Shown here in pieces: positions 22,355 through 32,483 of a DNA stretch of 64,000 nucleotides. Position 1 is the first letter of the stretch; each line of letters starts with the position of its first letter. Source of the DNA: Pirellulales bacterium (GTDB taxonomy: Bacteria; Planctomycetota; Planctomycetia; Pirellulales; PALSA-1355); NCBI GenBank assembly GCA_963733035.1, contig CAVTBU010000008.1, positions 192,001 to 256,000 of the forward strand, written 5' to 3'. The notes beneath the pieces were generated by a model. That model was not told the DNA's origin and searched no databases. It saw nothing but the letters and a program-made list of their open reading frames with translations. Made by a program: the position numbers and the translations under genes.

Positions 22355-23077
22355 ATCGAAACTCGGCACGCAAAGGCCATCGCCGCCGCGAAGAAGTACG
22401 GGATGGTCCAAACAGTTTCTGGCCGTGTTTACACAGTACGGCTTCTCAATCACAAGGCCGTCGATGAAGTCCTTCCGTTACTCAAGGATGTGCCCGAAAT
22501 GGGTGAATTGATCATCGGCGGTGTTGACCTGACGCCAGCTGATATCCAAATGATCGGAGAACTCACACAGTTGGAAAGCCTGCGGTTGGGAGGATGCGAC
22601 CTGTCGGGCGACGAATTGTCACCACTTGGCAAGCTCAAAAAAATTAGGTCTATTGGTCTGATGAAAAACCCACTTGCGGATCGGGGTATGCGGTTTCTGC
22701 GCGAAATGAAAAAACTGCAGAAGATCGATCTGAATTCAACTACCATTCACGGAGAAGGGATCACATATCTGGTAGATCTGCCAAACCTGAAAGAACTACG
22801 GCTCGAGGGTACGAAAGTCGACGACAGTACCGTCGGTCTATGCGCGAAATTGAGCCGATTACGCAATCTCCGGCTTCATAATACCAAAGTTACTGCCGAT
22901 GGATTAATGCAGTTGACGAACATGTTTTGGCTTGACTCGCTTGGAATTCCGGACGGTATTTCGGAAGCCGCCATGGATTCCATCGCCGAGGCATTCGTCA
23001 AAGAGCGAAAAAAGGCACGAGCATCCGGAAAAGATGTGCCTCCCGGTGACGTGCCGCCTTTTGGGACGTTTTTCTGA
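22265..23077 (+). CDS. Membrane-anchored leucine-rich repeat protein, paralog 2
   Basis: Same length (270 aa) and architecture as 21387..22199. Confidence 0.85.
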   Translation: MHRLLSSLTWRKAAIIAGALLIACGALAVMIETRHAKAIAAAKKYGMVQTVSGRVYTVRLLNHKAVDEVLPLLKDVPEMGELIIGGVDLTPADIQMIGELTQLESLRLGGCDLSGDELSPLGKLKKIRSIGLMKNPLADRGMRFLREMKKLQKIDLNSTTIHGEGITYLVDLPNLKELRLEGTKVDDSTVGLCAKLSRLRNLRLHNTKVTADGLMQLTNMFWLDSLGIPDGISEAAMDSIAEAFVKERKKARASGKDVPPGDVPPFGTFF

Positions 23078-23658
23078 CTTGTGTCCCTTTAATTCACACA
23101 TGTGGTCAGCGGCCACGCCGTCTTTTGAATGCGAAATCCGCGGGTCTTTCCCACTTCGTTCCTTTCAAATTTGCCCGCTTGAAATCGGGCCAGCACCTGG
23201 TGCACAATCGCGAGCAGTCCGGTGGCCTGCGTGGCCAAGCGAGGACGTTAATCCTGGGGCGTAGGATCGGCTTGTCTGAGCCCCGGCGCAAGCATGCATG
23301 CGATTCGGTGAACAACGTTTCGCGGCCGCTTATGTCCTCGACCCATGCTCCTCCGATCGCCAGCGCTAGCTGCAGATAGCGCTCGGTGTGGGAGGTCGTG
23401 CCGCGGGAGCTTTGCCCAAGTCTCAGGCGTGTCCCGATCGGCGGGAACGGCGTACGGTTGGAAACGACCGCCTGAGCAAAAACGGGTGGCCGTTCCGCGT
23501 GCCGCTGTTCTCGGTCGATGGTCGAGGAGTGGTCAACTAACCCTTAACAAGCGTTTCAGAGTCCAATCCCGGCTCAACCGGGCCAGCGGCACCATTTTTA
23601 TTTCTTCGCCAGCGCCGCTGCGCGCTTGCTCCGCGCGCTCGTATCCCTTGCCTCTTCA

Positions 23659-23744
23659 CTTTGTGACTTCGTGCCTTGGTGGTAAATCCCTTGCTTGGAC
23701 TTTACGACAGAAGAATCAACCACCAAGGCACCAAGAACACAAAG
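23659..23744. repeat. Imperfect ~25-bp inverted repeat (REP-like)
   Basis: CTTTGTGACTTCGTGCCTTGGTGGT ... ACCACCAAGGCACCAAGAACACAAAG. Confidence 0.65.
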
Positions 23745-23944
23745 AAGGAAAAAATGACGGGGCGAAGGCAATGCTACCGGGGGACGCGTCTCATCCTTGG
23801 ATTGCCGCGGCCTGCTTTCAGATACGAATGTTTCACCATCAACTCGCGGCCGTCGCGCCCCAGACGCTTGCCCACTGGGTCGGCTTGAACCACAATCAGA
23901 CCAGTCGGTGGCACTCACGCTTGAACTCTGGCTGGAAAATCACC

Positions 23945-24859
23945 ATGCATCGTTGCCTTGGCCTGCTTCTCTGTTGTCTCGTGTTGGGAGGTATCGCCCG
24001 CGCCGCCGAGGAGGATCCTTTCACTCGCCGCGAGGACGTGATCTATGGCCGCAAGTTCGGCACCGCCCTGACGATGGACGTCTTCACGCCCAAGGAGAAA
24101 CCGAACGGGGCAGGGGTGATCTGGACCGTCAGTGGCGGCTGGTTCTCGTCGCACGAGCATATCAATCTCGACTTTTTGCGCGAGCTCTTGTCGCGCGGCT
24201 ACACGGTGTTTGCCGTGGTGCATGGCAGCCAGCCAAAATACACGGTTCCCGAGGCGGTGGCCGACATGACCACCGCGGTGCGCTACATCCGCGCGCACGC
24301 CAAGGAGTTCGGCATCGATCCGAACCGCATCGGCATCACCGGCGGTTCGGCCGGCGGCCACCTCTCGCTGATGATTGGCACGGCCAGCACGCCGGCCGAT
24401 CCCAACGCCGACGAGGACGACCTGGTGGCCAATACCGACAGCCGCGTGCAAGCCGTCGCCTGTTTCTTCCCGCCAACCGACTTTCTCAACTACGGCACTC
24501 CCGGGTTTGCGTGGCTGAACCAGGGTCCCAAGGATCCGCTCCGTGCCGCGTTCGACTTCGAGCAATGGAATCCGGAGCGAAAATACTTCGAAGCGGTCGA
24601 TGAACCGACGCGCCGCGAAATCGCCAAACAAATCTCCCCCGCCTATCACGTCACGAGCGACGATCCGCCCACGCTGATCATCCACGGCGACCGGGACTAC
24701 CTGGTACCGCTCCAGCAGTCGGAGTTGATGATCGAAAAATTCAAGGCGGCCGGCGTCCCCTGCGAACTCGTCGTGAAAAAGGGGGAGGGGCACGGCTGGA
24801 AGAACTGGCAAGACGACATGCGGACGATTGCCGATTGGTTTGATAAGTATTTGAAATGA
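23945..24859 (+). CDS. Secreted alpha/beta hydrolase (esterase)
   Basis: Signal peptide, SGGW, GGSAGGHL, HGDRD, GEGHGW triad motifs. Confidence 0.88.
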   Translation: MHRCLGLLLCCLVLGGIARAAEEDPFTRREDVIYGRKFGTALTMDVFTPKEKPNGAGVIWTVSGGWFSSHEHINLDFLRELLSRGYTVFAVVHGSQPKYTVPEAVADMTTAVRYIRAHAKEFGIDPNRIGITGGSAGGHLSLMIGTASTPADPNADEDDLVANTDSRVQAVACFFPPTDFLNYGTPGFAWLNQGPKDPLRAAFDFEQWNPERKYFEAVDEPTRREIAKQISPAYHVTSDDPPTLIIHGDRDYLVPLQQSELMIEKFKAAGVPCELVVKKGEGHGWKNWQDDMRTIADWFDKYLK

Positions 24860-24952
24860 ATGTTTGGAGTGAACCGAGTCAACGGAATTCAGCGTGGTAA
24901 CGCGACGCGCGGCGAACGGGTCGACCGCGAACTTGAGAAACGAAGTCACATC

Positions 24953-24987
24953 AAAAAAGGGGCCGGAAGCACATGCTCCCGGCCCCT
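24953..24987 (-). terminator. Rho-independent terminator between convergent genes
   Basis: AGGGGCCGG/CCGGCCCCT stem with an A6 run (U-tail on the minus strand). Confidence 0.75.
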
Positions 24988-25009
24988 GCGTTGCTACCCC
25001 GTGCTTCGC

Positions 25010-26437
25010 TCAGTTGCCGCCGGCGGTTGTGGCGGCCGAGTCGATCGGCGGCGTGGGCTGCTTGTATTCGTGAGGCAGCACGTCCGGCACGACTTTCACG
25101 CGCGTGGTGACCTTCAAGGGCGGCGAACCCGGGTTCGCGTAAGTCAATTCGATCATGTAGGCCGTATAGCCTTCGGCCGGCTTTTCGACGCCGCCCGAAT
25201 AGCTGCCGTCGGCACTGGCCTCGAGCGACTTGCTCTTCCACACGCGGCCGATGCGATCGACGCGGAAGTCGCGGGTCTTGGGATTCGTGGCATGCCACAA
25301 CTTGACGGCCGTCGGCTTTTGATCGCTCGTCACGCGCATCGAGTCGTCATCCTTGACTTCCCAGGAATACACCGGAAGTTTGGTACCGTTGATCACCGAG
25401 TTGTAAAACGAAAGCAGCGTGAACGGCACGTCGGTTCCGCGCAGGCTATGCTCGGCATTGGGCACATAGCGGAGGTACTTCGGCGCGGGCAGATCGTCCC
25501 AATAGAACTGCGACGAATCAGGCAGGAAGAACTGATCGCCCGTGGCGTTGACAACGTACTTGGGCATCGTCAGCCGGCTTCGATATTCGTACGGCTCGAC
25601 GATCTTCATCAGGGCCGCGTACTGCGGCGAACCGCTCCACTGCATGATCTTTTCGGCCGTGTAGTCGCCGACGGCCGGAGCCCAAAAGCCGTAGGCTTTC
25701 CAGTGATGCTCGAACGACGGGACGATGTTGAGCATGTCGATTACCAGTGGCACGATGCCCACCACGCGGTTGTCCACGCACGCGGTCGTCCAGGTGGTCC
25801 AGCCGCGCTTCGAGCCGCCGCAGACGACGAACTTGTCGACCTTTACCTTGCCCCCTTCGTCGGTGGCGCAAAAATCGGTGACGGTGTCCATCGCTCGCAC
25901 GGCCGCCTTGGTCATCGGCAGGCGAGCCGGCCACTTCGTGTCGCCCGTGCGGAGGAACTTGTCCCAGGTGTAGGCAATCAGCGAGTCTTCGGTCCGCTTG
26001 CGGGTTTCGCCGTTAAAGACCACCGGCTCATTGGGAACCATCTTCAATTCGGTGACGACCGAATTGCTCCCTTTGGCCAGCTCGGAAGTCAATGGATCGA
26101 CCTTGTCCGGAGGCGCGCCCCCGTTGCTCCCTCCCGAAATGTAGAGCAGACCGAGCGAGGTTTGCACGTTGTCGGGTCGGGTGACGATCATCCAATGTTT
26201 CCACACCGGCTGGTCAACTTCATCGGTCGACAGCCAGGTTTGCGAGGTCATCTCAAGCACGTAGGTCGTGAAACCGTCGCCGGGAAGCGTATTGATCAGC
26301 TTGTAGCTGTAGGTCGGGTCCGGTTTGGCCACGTATTCGTCGAGCGGCGTGCGCTCCTCTCCGGGAGCGGCACCCATGAACAGGACGCAAACGAACAGTA
26401 GCAGGGCAGGTGCCCATCGATCAGCGAGGCGATGCAT
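25010..26437 (-). CDS. PhoPQ-activated pathogenicity-related (PqaA-type) alpha/beta hydrolase
   Basis: MTSQTW, GGSKRGWTTW, ATGDQFFLPD, VPNAEH. Confidence 0.88.
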   Translation of the reverse strand: MHRLADRWAPALLLFVCVLFMGAAPGEERTPLDEYVAKPDPTYSYKLINTLPGDGFTTYVLEMTSQTWLSTDEVDQPVWKHWMIVTRPDNVQTSLGLLYISGGSNGGAPPDKVDPLTSELAKGSNSVVTELKMVPNEPVVFNGETRKRTEDSLIAYTWDKFLRTGDTKWPARLPMTKAAVRAMDTVTDFCATDEGGKVKVDKFVVCGGSKRGWTTWTTACVDNRVVGIVPLVIDMLNIVPSFEHHWKAYGFWAPAVGDYTAEKIMQWSGSPQYAALMKIVEPYEYRSRLTMPKYVVNATGDQFFLPDSSQFYWDDLPAPKYLRYVPNAEHSLRGTDVPFTLLSFYNSVINGTKLPVYSWEVKDDDSMRVTSDQKPTAVKLWHATNPKTRDFRVDRIGRVWKSKSLEASADGSYSGGVEKPAEGYTAYMIELTYANPGSPPLKVTTRVKVVPDVLPHEYKQPTPPIDSAATTAGGN

Positions 26438-26750
26438 GGCGGCGGGTCCTCATATCACTCGGGAAGCCGGAAGGAGAGAAACGTCCAGAGAACGCAGAAC
26501 TTGCAATGTAACTACCCGCGGGGTCAGGCTCAATCGATCACCGAAAAAACCGGCCGCAAGGCTGACTTAACCCGAGCTACTCGATGCGTCTAGCCGCGGT
26601 GTGAGTTCGACGGACCCAGGGAGCGGCTGCCTGCCGGTTCGCCCGCCAGATTGACTTTGGCCGGCCGCCAATGCTAGAATCCGCTTCCGATCAAGGATGG
26701 TTGATGCGTTTCGAATCGGCCCAAGTTCCTTGGAGTAGGGAGGGGGGAAC

Positions 26751-28130
26751 ATGTTACGGATCGATGCGGGAAGATCGGGTCGCTATTGCGACGGAATGAG
26801 CAGGCGTAGCTTCGTGCAGCTGGGCGTGGCCGGCATGGCCAGCATCGGGCTGCCGCAGATTCTGCGAGCCAAGGAGGCCTCGCGTCTGGCAGGACATCCT
26901 GGCAAAGACACGGCCGTCATCATGCTGTGGCTCGACGGCGGGCCCTCGCACATGGACACCTACGACCTCAAGCCGCAAGCTCCCCCCGAGTATCGCGGTC
27001 TGTGGAACCCAATCCGCACGAACGTGCCGGGAATCGAAATCACGGAATTGTTTCCGCGACAAGCCAAAATCGCCGACAAGTTCTCGATCATTCGCTCGCT
27101 GCACCACGACAACGGCGACCACTTTACCGGCGGTCACTACATGCTCACCTCGCGCGGCGGCGCCAGCGGCGCGGACACGACGGGCAAATACCCGTCGATC
27201 GGTTCGATCGCCACCAAGCTGCTGGGCCCGCGCAAGTCGGGCATGCCGGCCTATGCGGCCGTTCCCTATGCGGCCAGCATTGGACTGCGTCCCGGCTACT
27301 TCGGCGCCAACTACCTGGGCAATTCGTACAACCCGTTCGAAACTAACGGCGATCCCAACGCGGCCGATTTCAAAGTCGACAACATCCAGCTTTCCGGCTC
27401 GATGACCATCGACCGCCTGGAAGACCGCCGCGGGCTGCTCGCTCATTTCGATCGCTTGCGGCGAGACATGGACACGTCCGGCGCCATGGAAACGATGGAC
27501 CAGTTCGACCACAGAGCCTACGAGATGGTCGCCGGCGGCGCAGCGCGCAAAGCGTTCGACATTGCCAGCGAGGACGAGGCGACGCGCGACCTGTATGGAC
27601 GTCACAGCTGGGGCCAAAGCACGCTCCTGGCCCGCCGGTTGGTCGAGGCAGGTTCTACCTGGGTCACGGTGCACATGGGCGGCTGGGACCACCACTGGGA
27701 TCTGAAAACCGGCTACGAGCGCAATCTGCCGATCGTCGACGCCCTGGTCTCGGCGCTATTGGTCGACCTCGAGCAGCGCGGCATGCTCGAAAAGACGATG
27801 GTCATTCTCTGTGGCGAGTTCAGCCGGACGCCACGCATGAACGACGGCGGCAACGGCGGCCCAGCAGGGAGCATGGGGACGCCCGGCCGCGATCACTGGG
27901 GTAACGCCCTCAGCGTACTGATCGGCGGCGGAGGTATTCAAGGCGGCCGCGTCGTCGGCGCGACAAACCGATTGGGCGAAGTGCCCAGCGACCGCCCGCT
28001 CGAACCGTGCGACCTGCACGCCACGATCTACCATTGCCTGGGCATCGATCCGTCCACGCACTTCCTCAACCTGGCCGGCCGGCCCGTGCCGGTGATCGAC
28101 CGCGGGGAAGTCATTTCGGAACTGCTGTAG
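26751..28130 (+). CDS. DUF1501 protein
   Basis: SRRSF, WLDGGPSHMDTYD, LLARRLVE, GWDHH, GEFSRTP, GRDHW. Confidence 0.9.
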   Translation: MLRIDAGRSGRYCDGMSRRSFVQLGVAGMASIGLPQILRAKEASRLAGHPGKDTAVIMLWLDGGPSHMDTYDLKPQAPPEYRGLWNPIRTNVPGIEITELFPRQAKIADKFSIIRSLHHDNGDHFTGGHYMLTSRGGASGADTTGKYPSIGSIATKLLGPRKSGMPAYAAVPYAASIGLRPGYFGANYLGNSYNPFETNGDPNAADFKVDNIQLSGSMTIDRLEDRRGLLAHFDRLRRDMDTSGAMETMDQFDHRAYEMVAGGAARKAFDIASEDEATRDLYGRHSWGQSTLLARRLVEAGSTWVTVHMGGWDHHWDLKTGYERNLPIVDALVSALLVDLEQRGMLEKTMVILCGEFSRTPRMNDGGNGGPAGSMGTPGRDHWGNALSVLIGGGGIQGGRVVGATNRLGEVPSDRPLEPCDLHATIYHCLGIDPSTHFLNLAGRPVPVIDRGEVISELL

Positions 28131-28169
28131 CCTGCCGGCCTTCGGCACCAGCGCGATAACGTTCGACCG

Positions 28170-29102
28170 CTACGCTTCTTGCGGCGCGGCGCCGATTTCG
28201 GCCAGGTAGCCTTCGATCTGTTCGCGGTGTTCCGGGCGGAATCGCTGGAACGGCTCGGCCATAAAGTCGTCGCAGATGGCCAGGCAGGACAGGGCGCATT
28301 TCAGGCCCTTGATAAACGCCGAACCATGTTGGCCGACCGAGTAGATCGTCTGGCCGATGCGGAGCACCTGCGCGTGCAGTTTAAGCACGGTCTCGATCTG
28401 GCCCGTGGCTGCCGCCTCGTACAGGTCAACGTAAAGTCTGGGAAACAGATTCGCTCCGCCGCACACGCCGCCGTGCGCTCCGAACAAGACCGACTCTCCC
28501 AACAGCTCCTCCGGACCGACGAGCAGCGAAAAATCAGGCCGCGCCGCGCAAATCGACCGAAGCTTGTGAAAGTAGATCATTTGCGCCGAACTGTCTTTCA
28601 GGCCCACGACATTGGGAATTTGCAACGCCTCACGGACCGTGTGCGGATCGAACGTGATCTTCGTGTGGCTCGGCATGTTGTACAGAAACATCGGTAGCGG
28701 CAGGTCGGCTGCAATGTCCTGAACGTATTCGAGCAGCTCCGGCTGTCCGGCCGGAAAATAATAGGGTGCCGAAAGGACGACACCCTGAGCGCCGGCCTCG
28801 GCGGCGTGGTTGGCCAGATGAACCGTTTCGGCGTAAGACGTGTCGGTCACGCCGACCAGCACCGGTATGCGACCGGCCACTTGACGGCAGACTTGCGTAA
28901 CCAGCTCATGCCGCAAACGATAGCTAAGACTCGGAGCTTCGCCGGTCGTTCCGAGGATAAACAACCCATGCACACCGCCGCCGAGCAGGTGGTCGACAAG
29001 CCGCTCGGTGCCGGAGACGTCGAGCGTGTCGCGATCGGACAGGGGGGTGACCATGGGCGGAACGATGCCACGTAGCGGAATCGGCAGGGGAGACGCACTC
29101 AC
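28170..29102 (-). CDS. Dihydrodipicolinate synthase / N-acetylneuraminate lyase family protein
   Basis: GTTGE, LYNMP, GLKDSS. Confidence 0.88.
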   Translation of the reverse strand: MSASPLPIPLRGIVPPMVTPLSDRDTLDVSGTERLVDHLLGGGVHGLFILGTTGEAPSLSYRLRHELVTQVCRQVAGRIPVLVGVTDTSYAETVHLANHAAEAGAQGVVLSAPYYFPAGQPELLEYVQDIAADLPLPMFLYNMPSHTKITFDPHTVREALQIPNVVGLKDSSAQMIYFHKLRSICAARPDFSLLVGPEELLGESVLFGAHGGVCGGANLFPRLYVDLYEAAATGQIETVLKLHAQVLRIGQTIYSVGQHGSAFIKGLKCALSCLAICDDFMAEPFQRFRPEHREQIEGYLAEIGAAPQEA

Positions 29103-29262
29103 GGTCCAGTTTCCTCACAGGTCGATTCGAGGGACTCAAACCATTCGAGTATGACGAGCGAGAGCAATACTGGCCAGCCCCGCTCGGGCCCGAAAGAAAC
29201 CTCATGCGGCTGAAAGTTTTGTAGCCCTTTAGCCGCCGGCACGCATGCAGTAGATTCTATAT

Positions 29263-30225
29263 GTGACCCACCACGAATCTGCACTCGCCACCGACCCGCT
29301 CTCGGCCGCCGACCCTCCGGCTGACCCGTCGGACGGCCAACCCCTGCTCCCCTACGTGTGGATGCTCTCGGGCTCGCTCGCCTTCTCCGGAATGGCCACG
29401 CTGGCTCATGCATTGGCCGGTCGCTGCGACTGGGAGCTAGTGGCAACGATTCGCGCCGGTCTGGCGTTGGTCTTTGCCACCGTGCTGGCCCTGAAAGCCG
29501 GGGCACGCATGGCGTTCCTTCGACCGCGGATTCTCTGGGTTCGCAGCATCGCCGGGACAATTAGTCTGCTGTGTACCTTTTATGCACTGCCTCGACTACC
29601 GATTTCCGACGTGCTCACGCTGACGAACATGTTTCCTGTCTGGGTGGCGCTGCTCTCCTGGCCGCTGGCAGGCGAGCGCCCCACCAAAGATGCCTGGGTG
29701 GCCATCGGCGTGGGCTTAGTCGGCGTGGTGCTGGTCACCCAGCCTCATTTCGCCGGGTCGGCGCCAATGCCGGTGCTGGCGGCCGTGACCGCGTCGTTCA
29801 GCACCTCGATCGCCATGCTTGGGTTGCATCGGCTCCGCGACGTCGATCCGCGGGCAATCGTGGCACACTTCTCGGGCGTATCACTGGTTGCCTGTCTGAT
29901 CCTGATGCTGCTCGACCCGGTCGATTCGTGGGCCGGGTCGAACCTTGAAACCACGACGCTGTTGATGTTGGCTGGCCTGGGTGTATGTGCCACCATCGGG
30001 CAATTGTTCCTCACAAAGGCCTTTGCCGCGGGGCCGCCGGCACGCGTATCGGTGGTGGCACTCACGCAAGTTGGATTTGCCTTGCTATTCGACATGGCAA
30101 TTTGGGGGCGCACTTTTAGCCCTCTATCATTGGCCGGCATCGTTCTGGTGATGGCGCCTACGGCATGGTTGCTCGTCACACAGCGGCTCGACACGGACCT
30201 TTCCATTGAGCCTCCGGCATCTTAG
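29263..30225 (+). CDS. DMT/EamA family transporter
   Basis: About 10 hydrophobic helices; two EamA halves; GQLFLTKAF. Confidence 0.85.
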   Translation: MTHHESALATDPLSAADPPADPSDGQPLLPYVWMLSGSLAFSGMATLAHALAGRCDWELVATIRAGLALVFATVLALKAGARMAFLRPRILWVRSIAGTISLLCTFYALPRLPISDVLTLTNMFPVWVALLSWPLAGERPTKDAWVAIGVGLVGVVLVTQPHFAGSAPMPVLAAVTASFSTSIAMLGLHRLRDVDPRAIVAHFSGVSLVACLILMLLDPVDSWAGSNLETTTLLMLAGLGVCATIGQLFLTKAFAAGPPARVSVVALTQVGFALLFDMAIWGRTFSPLSLAGIVLVMAPTAWLLVTQRLDTDLSIEPPAS

Positions 30226-30266
30226 GATAGACGCGTACGCATTCGAGCATCGATGCCGGGCTTCGC

Positions 30267-30839
30267 ATGATGGACGACACCGTGACCAGCCTTCAAGCGC
30301 ATATTTTGATCGCCACGCCCGAACTAGCGGAACCGTTTACGCGGAGCGTCGTGCTGCTCGTTCGTCACAACGAGGATGGCGCGCTGGGCCTGATTCTCAA
30401 TCGCCGTACCAGCGCCGACCTCAAAGACGCCTGGGACAAGCTCAGCGAAGTGCCCTGCCAGCTCGAGACGTCCATTTTTCTGGGTGGCCCCTGCGAAGGT
30501 CCGCTGGTCGCGCTGCACACGCACGAGTTTCTGCTTGAGATGGAAGTCATGCCCGGCCTCTATTTCTGTGCGGGCAAGGACAAACTCGAAACGTTGGCCT
30601 CGCAAACCGAGGACGGACAGCCCACGGCAAAATTCTTTGCCGGCTACGCCGGTTGGGCACCGGGTCAACTCGAGGGAGAAATTGCCCGGGGGAGCTGGTC
30701 GGTAATGCCCGCCAAGCCGGAGCACGTTTTTTGCCACGAAGACGAGCTCTGGACCCGAACGACGCGATTCGTGGCAGACTCCGCGTGGCGGTCGGCGCTC
30801 GGAATCACCCACGTCCCCAGTGACTTGCGGGAAAACTGA
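30267..30839 (+). CDS. YqgE/AlgH family protein
   Basis: GALGLILNR, GGP, FAGYAGWAPGQLEGE. Confidence 0.9.
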   Translation: MMDDTVTSLQAHILIATPELAEPFTRSVVLLVRHNEDGALGLILNRRTSADLKDAWDKLSEVPCQLETSIFLGGPCEGPLVALHTHEFLLEMEVMPGLYFCAGKDKLETLASQTEDGQPTAKFFAGYAGWAPGQLEGEIARGSWSVMPAKPEHVFCHEDELWTRTTRFVADSAWRSALGITHVPSDLREN

Positions 30840-30946
30840 GGCGAACGTGGGCTTCTGTTCCGCGAACAGTTGCGAGCGGCGCCATGCTCGCACAGACGCT
30901 AGTCTGGCATTCATGCACCCGTTGGTCGCTTTAACGCCTGGCCAAA

Positions 30947-31216
30947 TCAGGCCGCCATCCGGTGCGGTTCGATTTCCTCGAATAGGTTGACCGTCCGCAG
31001 CATGTTGCCGTCCGCGTCGTAAAACTGCACCAATCCCACGTCGATCATCCACATGGCGAGGAAGTCGTCGACGCGATAGCTGCGGGCCACGTAGCGGCCG
31101 TCGTCAAGCATGATTCGCTCATCGACGTCTTGCAGGGCGTCCTCGTCCACATCGAGTTCGAGAAACGTGCGGTGTACAATCGTACGGATTTGATCGGGCG
31201 TCGGTAGAACGGTCAT
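30947..31216 (-). CDS. Small conserved hypothetical protein
   Basis: AAGGAGG RBS; compact acidic 89-aa ORF with coding-like codon usage. Confidence 0.8.
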   Translation of the reverse strand: MTVLPTPDQIRTIVHRTFLELDVDEDALQDVDERIMLDDGRYVARSYRVDDFLAMWMIDVGLVQFYDADGNMLRTVNLFEEIEPHRMAA

Positions 31217-31555
31217 AAACGCAACCTCCTTGTTGCTTGGACCCGGCGGTCCGTGCCGGGCTCCACTCGGAATGCGAGAGTGTAGCGTGCGGCCTTGCTT
31301 TGATGAAGACGAGGTTTTCGCCGGACCGGCGATTTGGCCCGTGATATCATCTCCACGATATCAAGATCGGCCGTCGGCAAATCAGGTCTTGACGAATCCG
31401 CCCCCGGTAGGCCGAAACATCTGCGCTGCATCGACGCAAGTCGTTACGCTGCGCGGTCCACGTGCCTGTCAATGGTCATTTGACCGGGCGGGCGGCTGCT
31501 GTCATCTTGGTACAGGCGGCACACGTTCAAATGTTTTTCGAGGGGACCACGCCAG

Positions 31556-32017
31556 ATGGCTTCGCGAACGATCAGCGGCGTCGACGAATTACGTGGGTTG
31601 GTAGGCCAGGAGGTCGGACAAAGCGAATGGCTGACCGTCACTCAGGAAATAATCGACGCATTTGCGGCGGTGACGGGCGACCACCAATGGATTCATGTCG
31701 ATCGCCAGCGGGCTGCCAGCGAAAGTCCCTTCGGTACAACCATTGCCCACGGCTTCCTTACCCTCTCGCTAATCACCCAACTCCACAGCCAATCGGTATC
31801 CATCGAAGGCGGTAAAATGGGCCTGAATTACGGGCTCAATCGGGTCCGCTTCGTCAGCCCGGTGCGGGCTGGCGTTCGCATTCGTTCGCGCAGCAGTGTT
31901 CAGGCCGTAAACGATTTTCTAGGCGGCATTCAGGTGACCTGGAAGATCACGGTCGAAACCGAAAACGAACCCAAGCCGGCGATGGTCGCCGAGTGGTTGA
32001 CCCGAATGTACAACTGA
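31556..32017 (+). CDS. MaoC family dehydratase
   Basis: TGDHQWIHVD, TIAHGFLTLS, NYGLNRVRF. Confidence 0.92.
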   Translation: MASRTISGVDELRGLVGQEVGQSEWLTVTQEIIDAFAAVTGDHQWIHVDRQRAASESPFGTTIAHGFLTLSLITQLHSQSVSIEGGKMGLNYGLNRVRFVSPVRAGVRIRSRSSVQAVNDFLGGIQVTWKITVETENEPKPAMVAEWLTRMYN

Positions 32018-32430
32018 GTGGCCGCGCGTTCTTTATTCTCAGCGCGACGCATTCAGTCGTCATTCGATCGATCAACGGCGCTGCGACTTCGACGCGTCTC
32101 TCGTGAACCCATTTAGCAGCGGTTCTACGCGACGCTGGCGACGAAAACGTCCAAAAAACCGGCAATTCCACATCGCTCAAGTTGCCGAGGGGGCCCCCCA
32201 TTGCGCCGGGATCGTCCGTCACGATCGTCAGAATCTCGTGCTTGGACGCGCATAGAATGTTCAACCGTCCCAAACGGAACTGCAAAACACAGCATTTTTT
32301 GCTCGGTCGCCCGGCGCGCACGTGCCGTGACCTAGCATGTTGGTAGTGCAGTGAACGTCCGTCGGTGACGCGAGTGATGCTTCGGTGCAACGCTTCGGCC
32401 AGCTTGCCGGGCGGCGCGGCGAAACAAACT

Positions 32431-32446
32431 TGGCGTGCCGGTCGCA
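32431..32446 (+). promoter_or_regulatory. Possible sigma54 -24/-12 promoter of csrA paralog 2
   Basis: TGGCGTGCCGGTCGCA with correct GG-N10-GC spacing, ending 37 nt before the ATG. Confidence 0.5.
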
Positions 32447-32483
32447 TCGACTAAGGGCAGCCCAACACAGGAGGGGCACCACC

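Noticed and set aside
23345..23944. 200-aa N-terminal extension of the alpha/beta hydrolase
   Set aside because: The signal peptide starts at ATG 23945; the upstream frame has non-coding composition and spans hairpins and repeats.
24860..26401. Long antisense ORF (513 aa) and similar shadow ORFs (e.g. 4626..5858, 23915..24949, 26754..27695)
   Set aside because: They lie opposite well-supported genes, lack motifs and are expected in GC-rich coding DNA.
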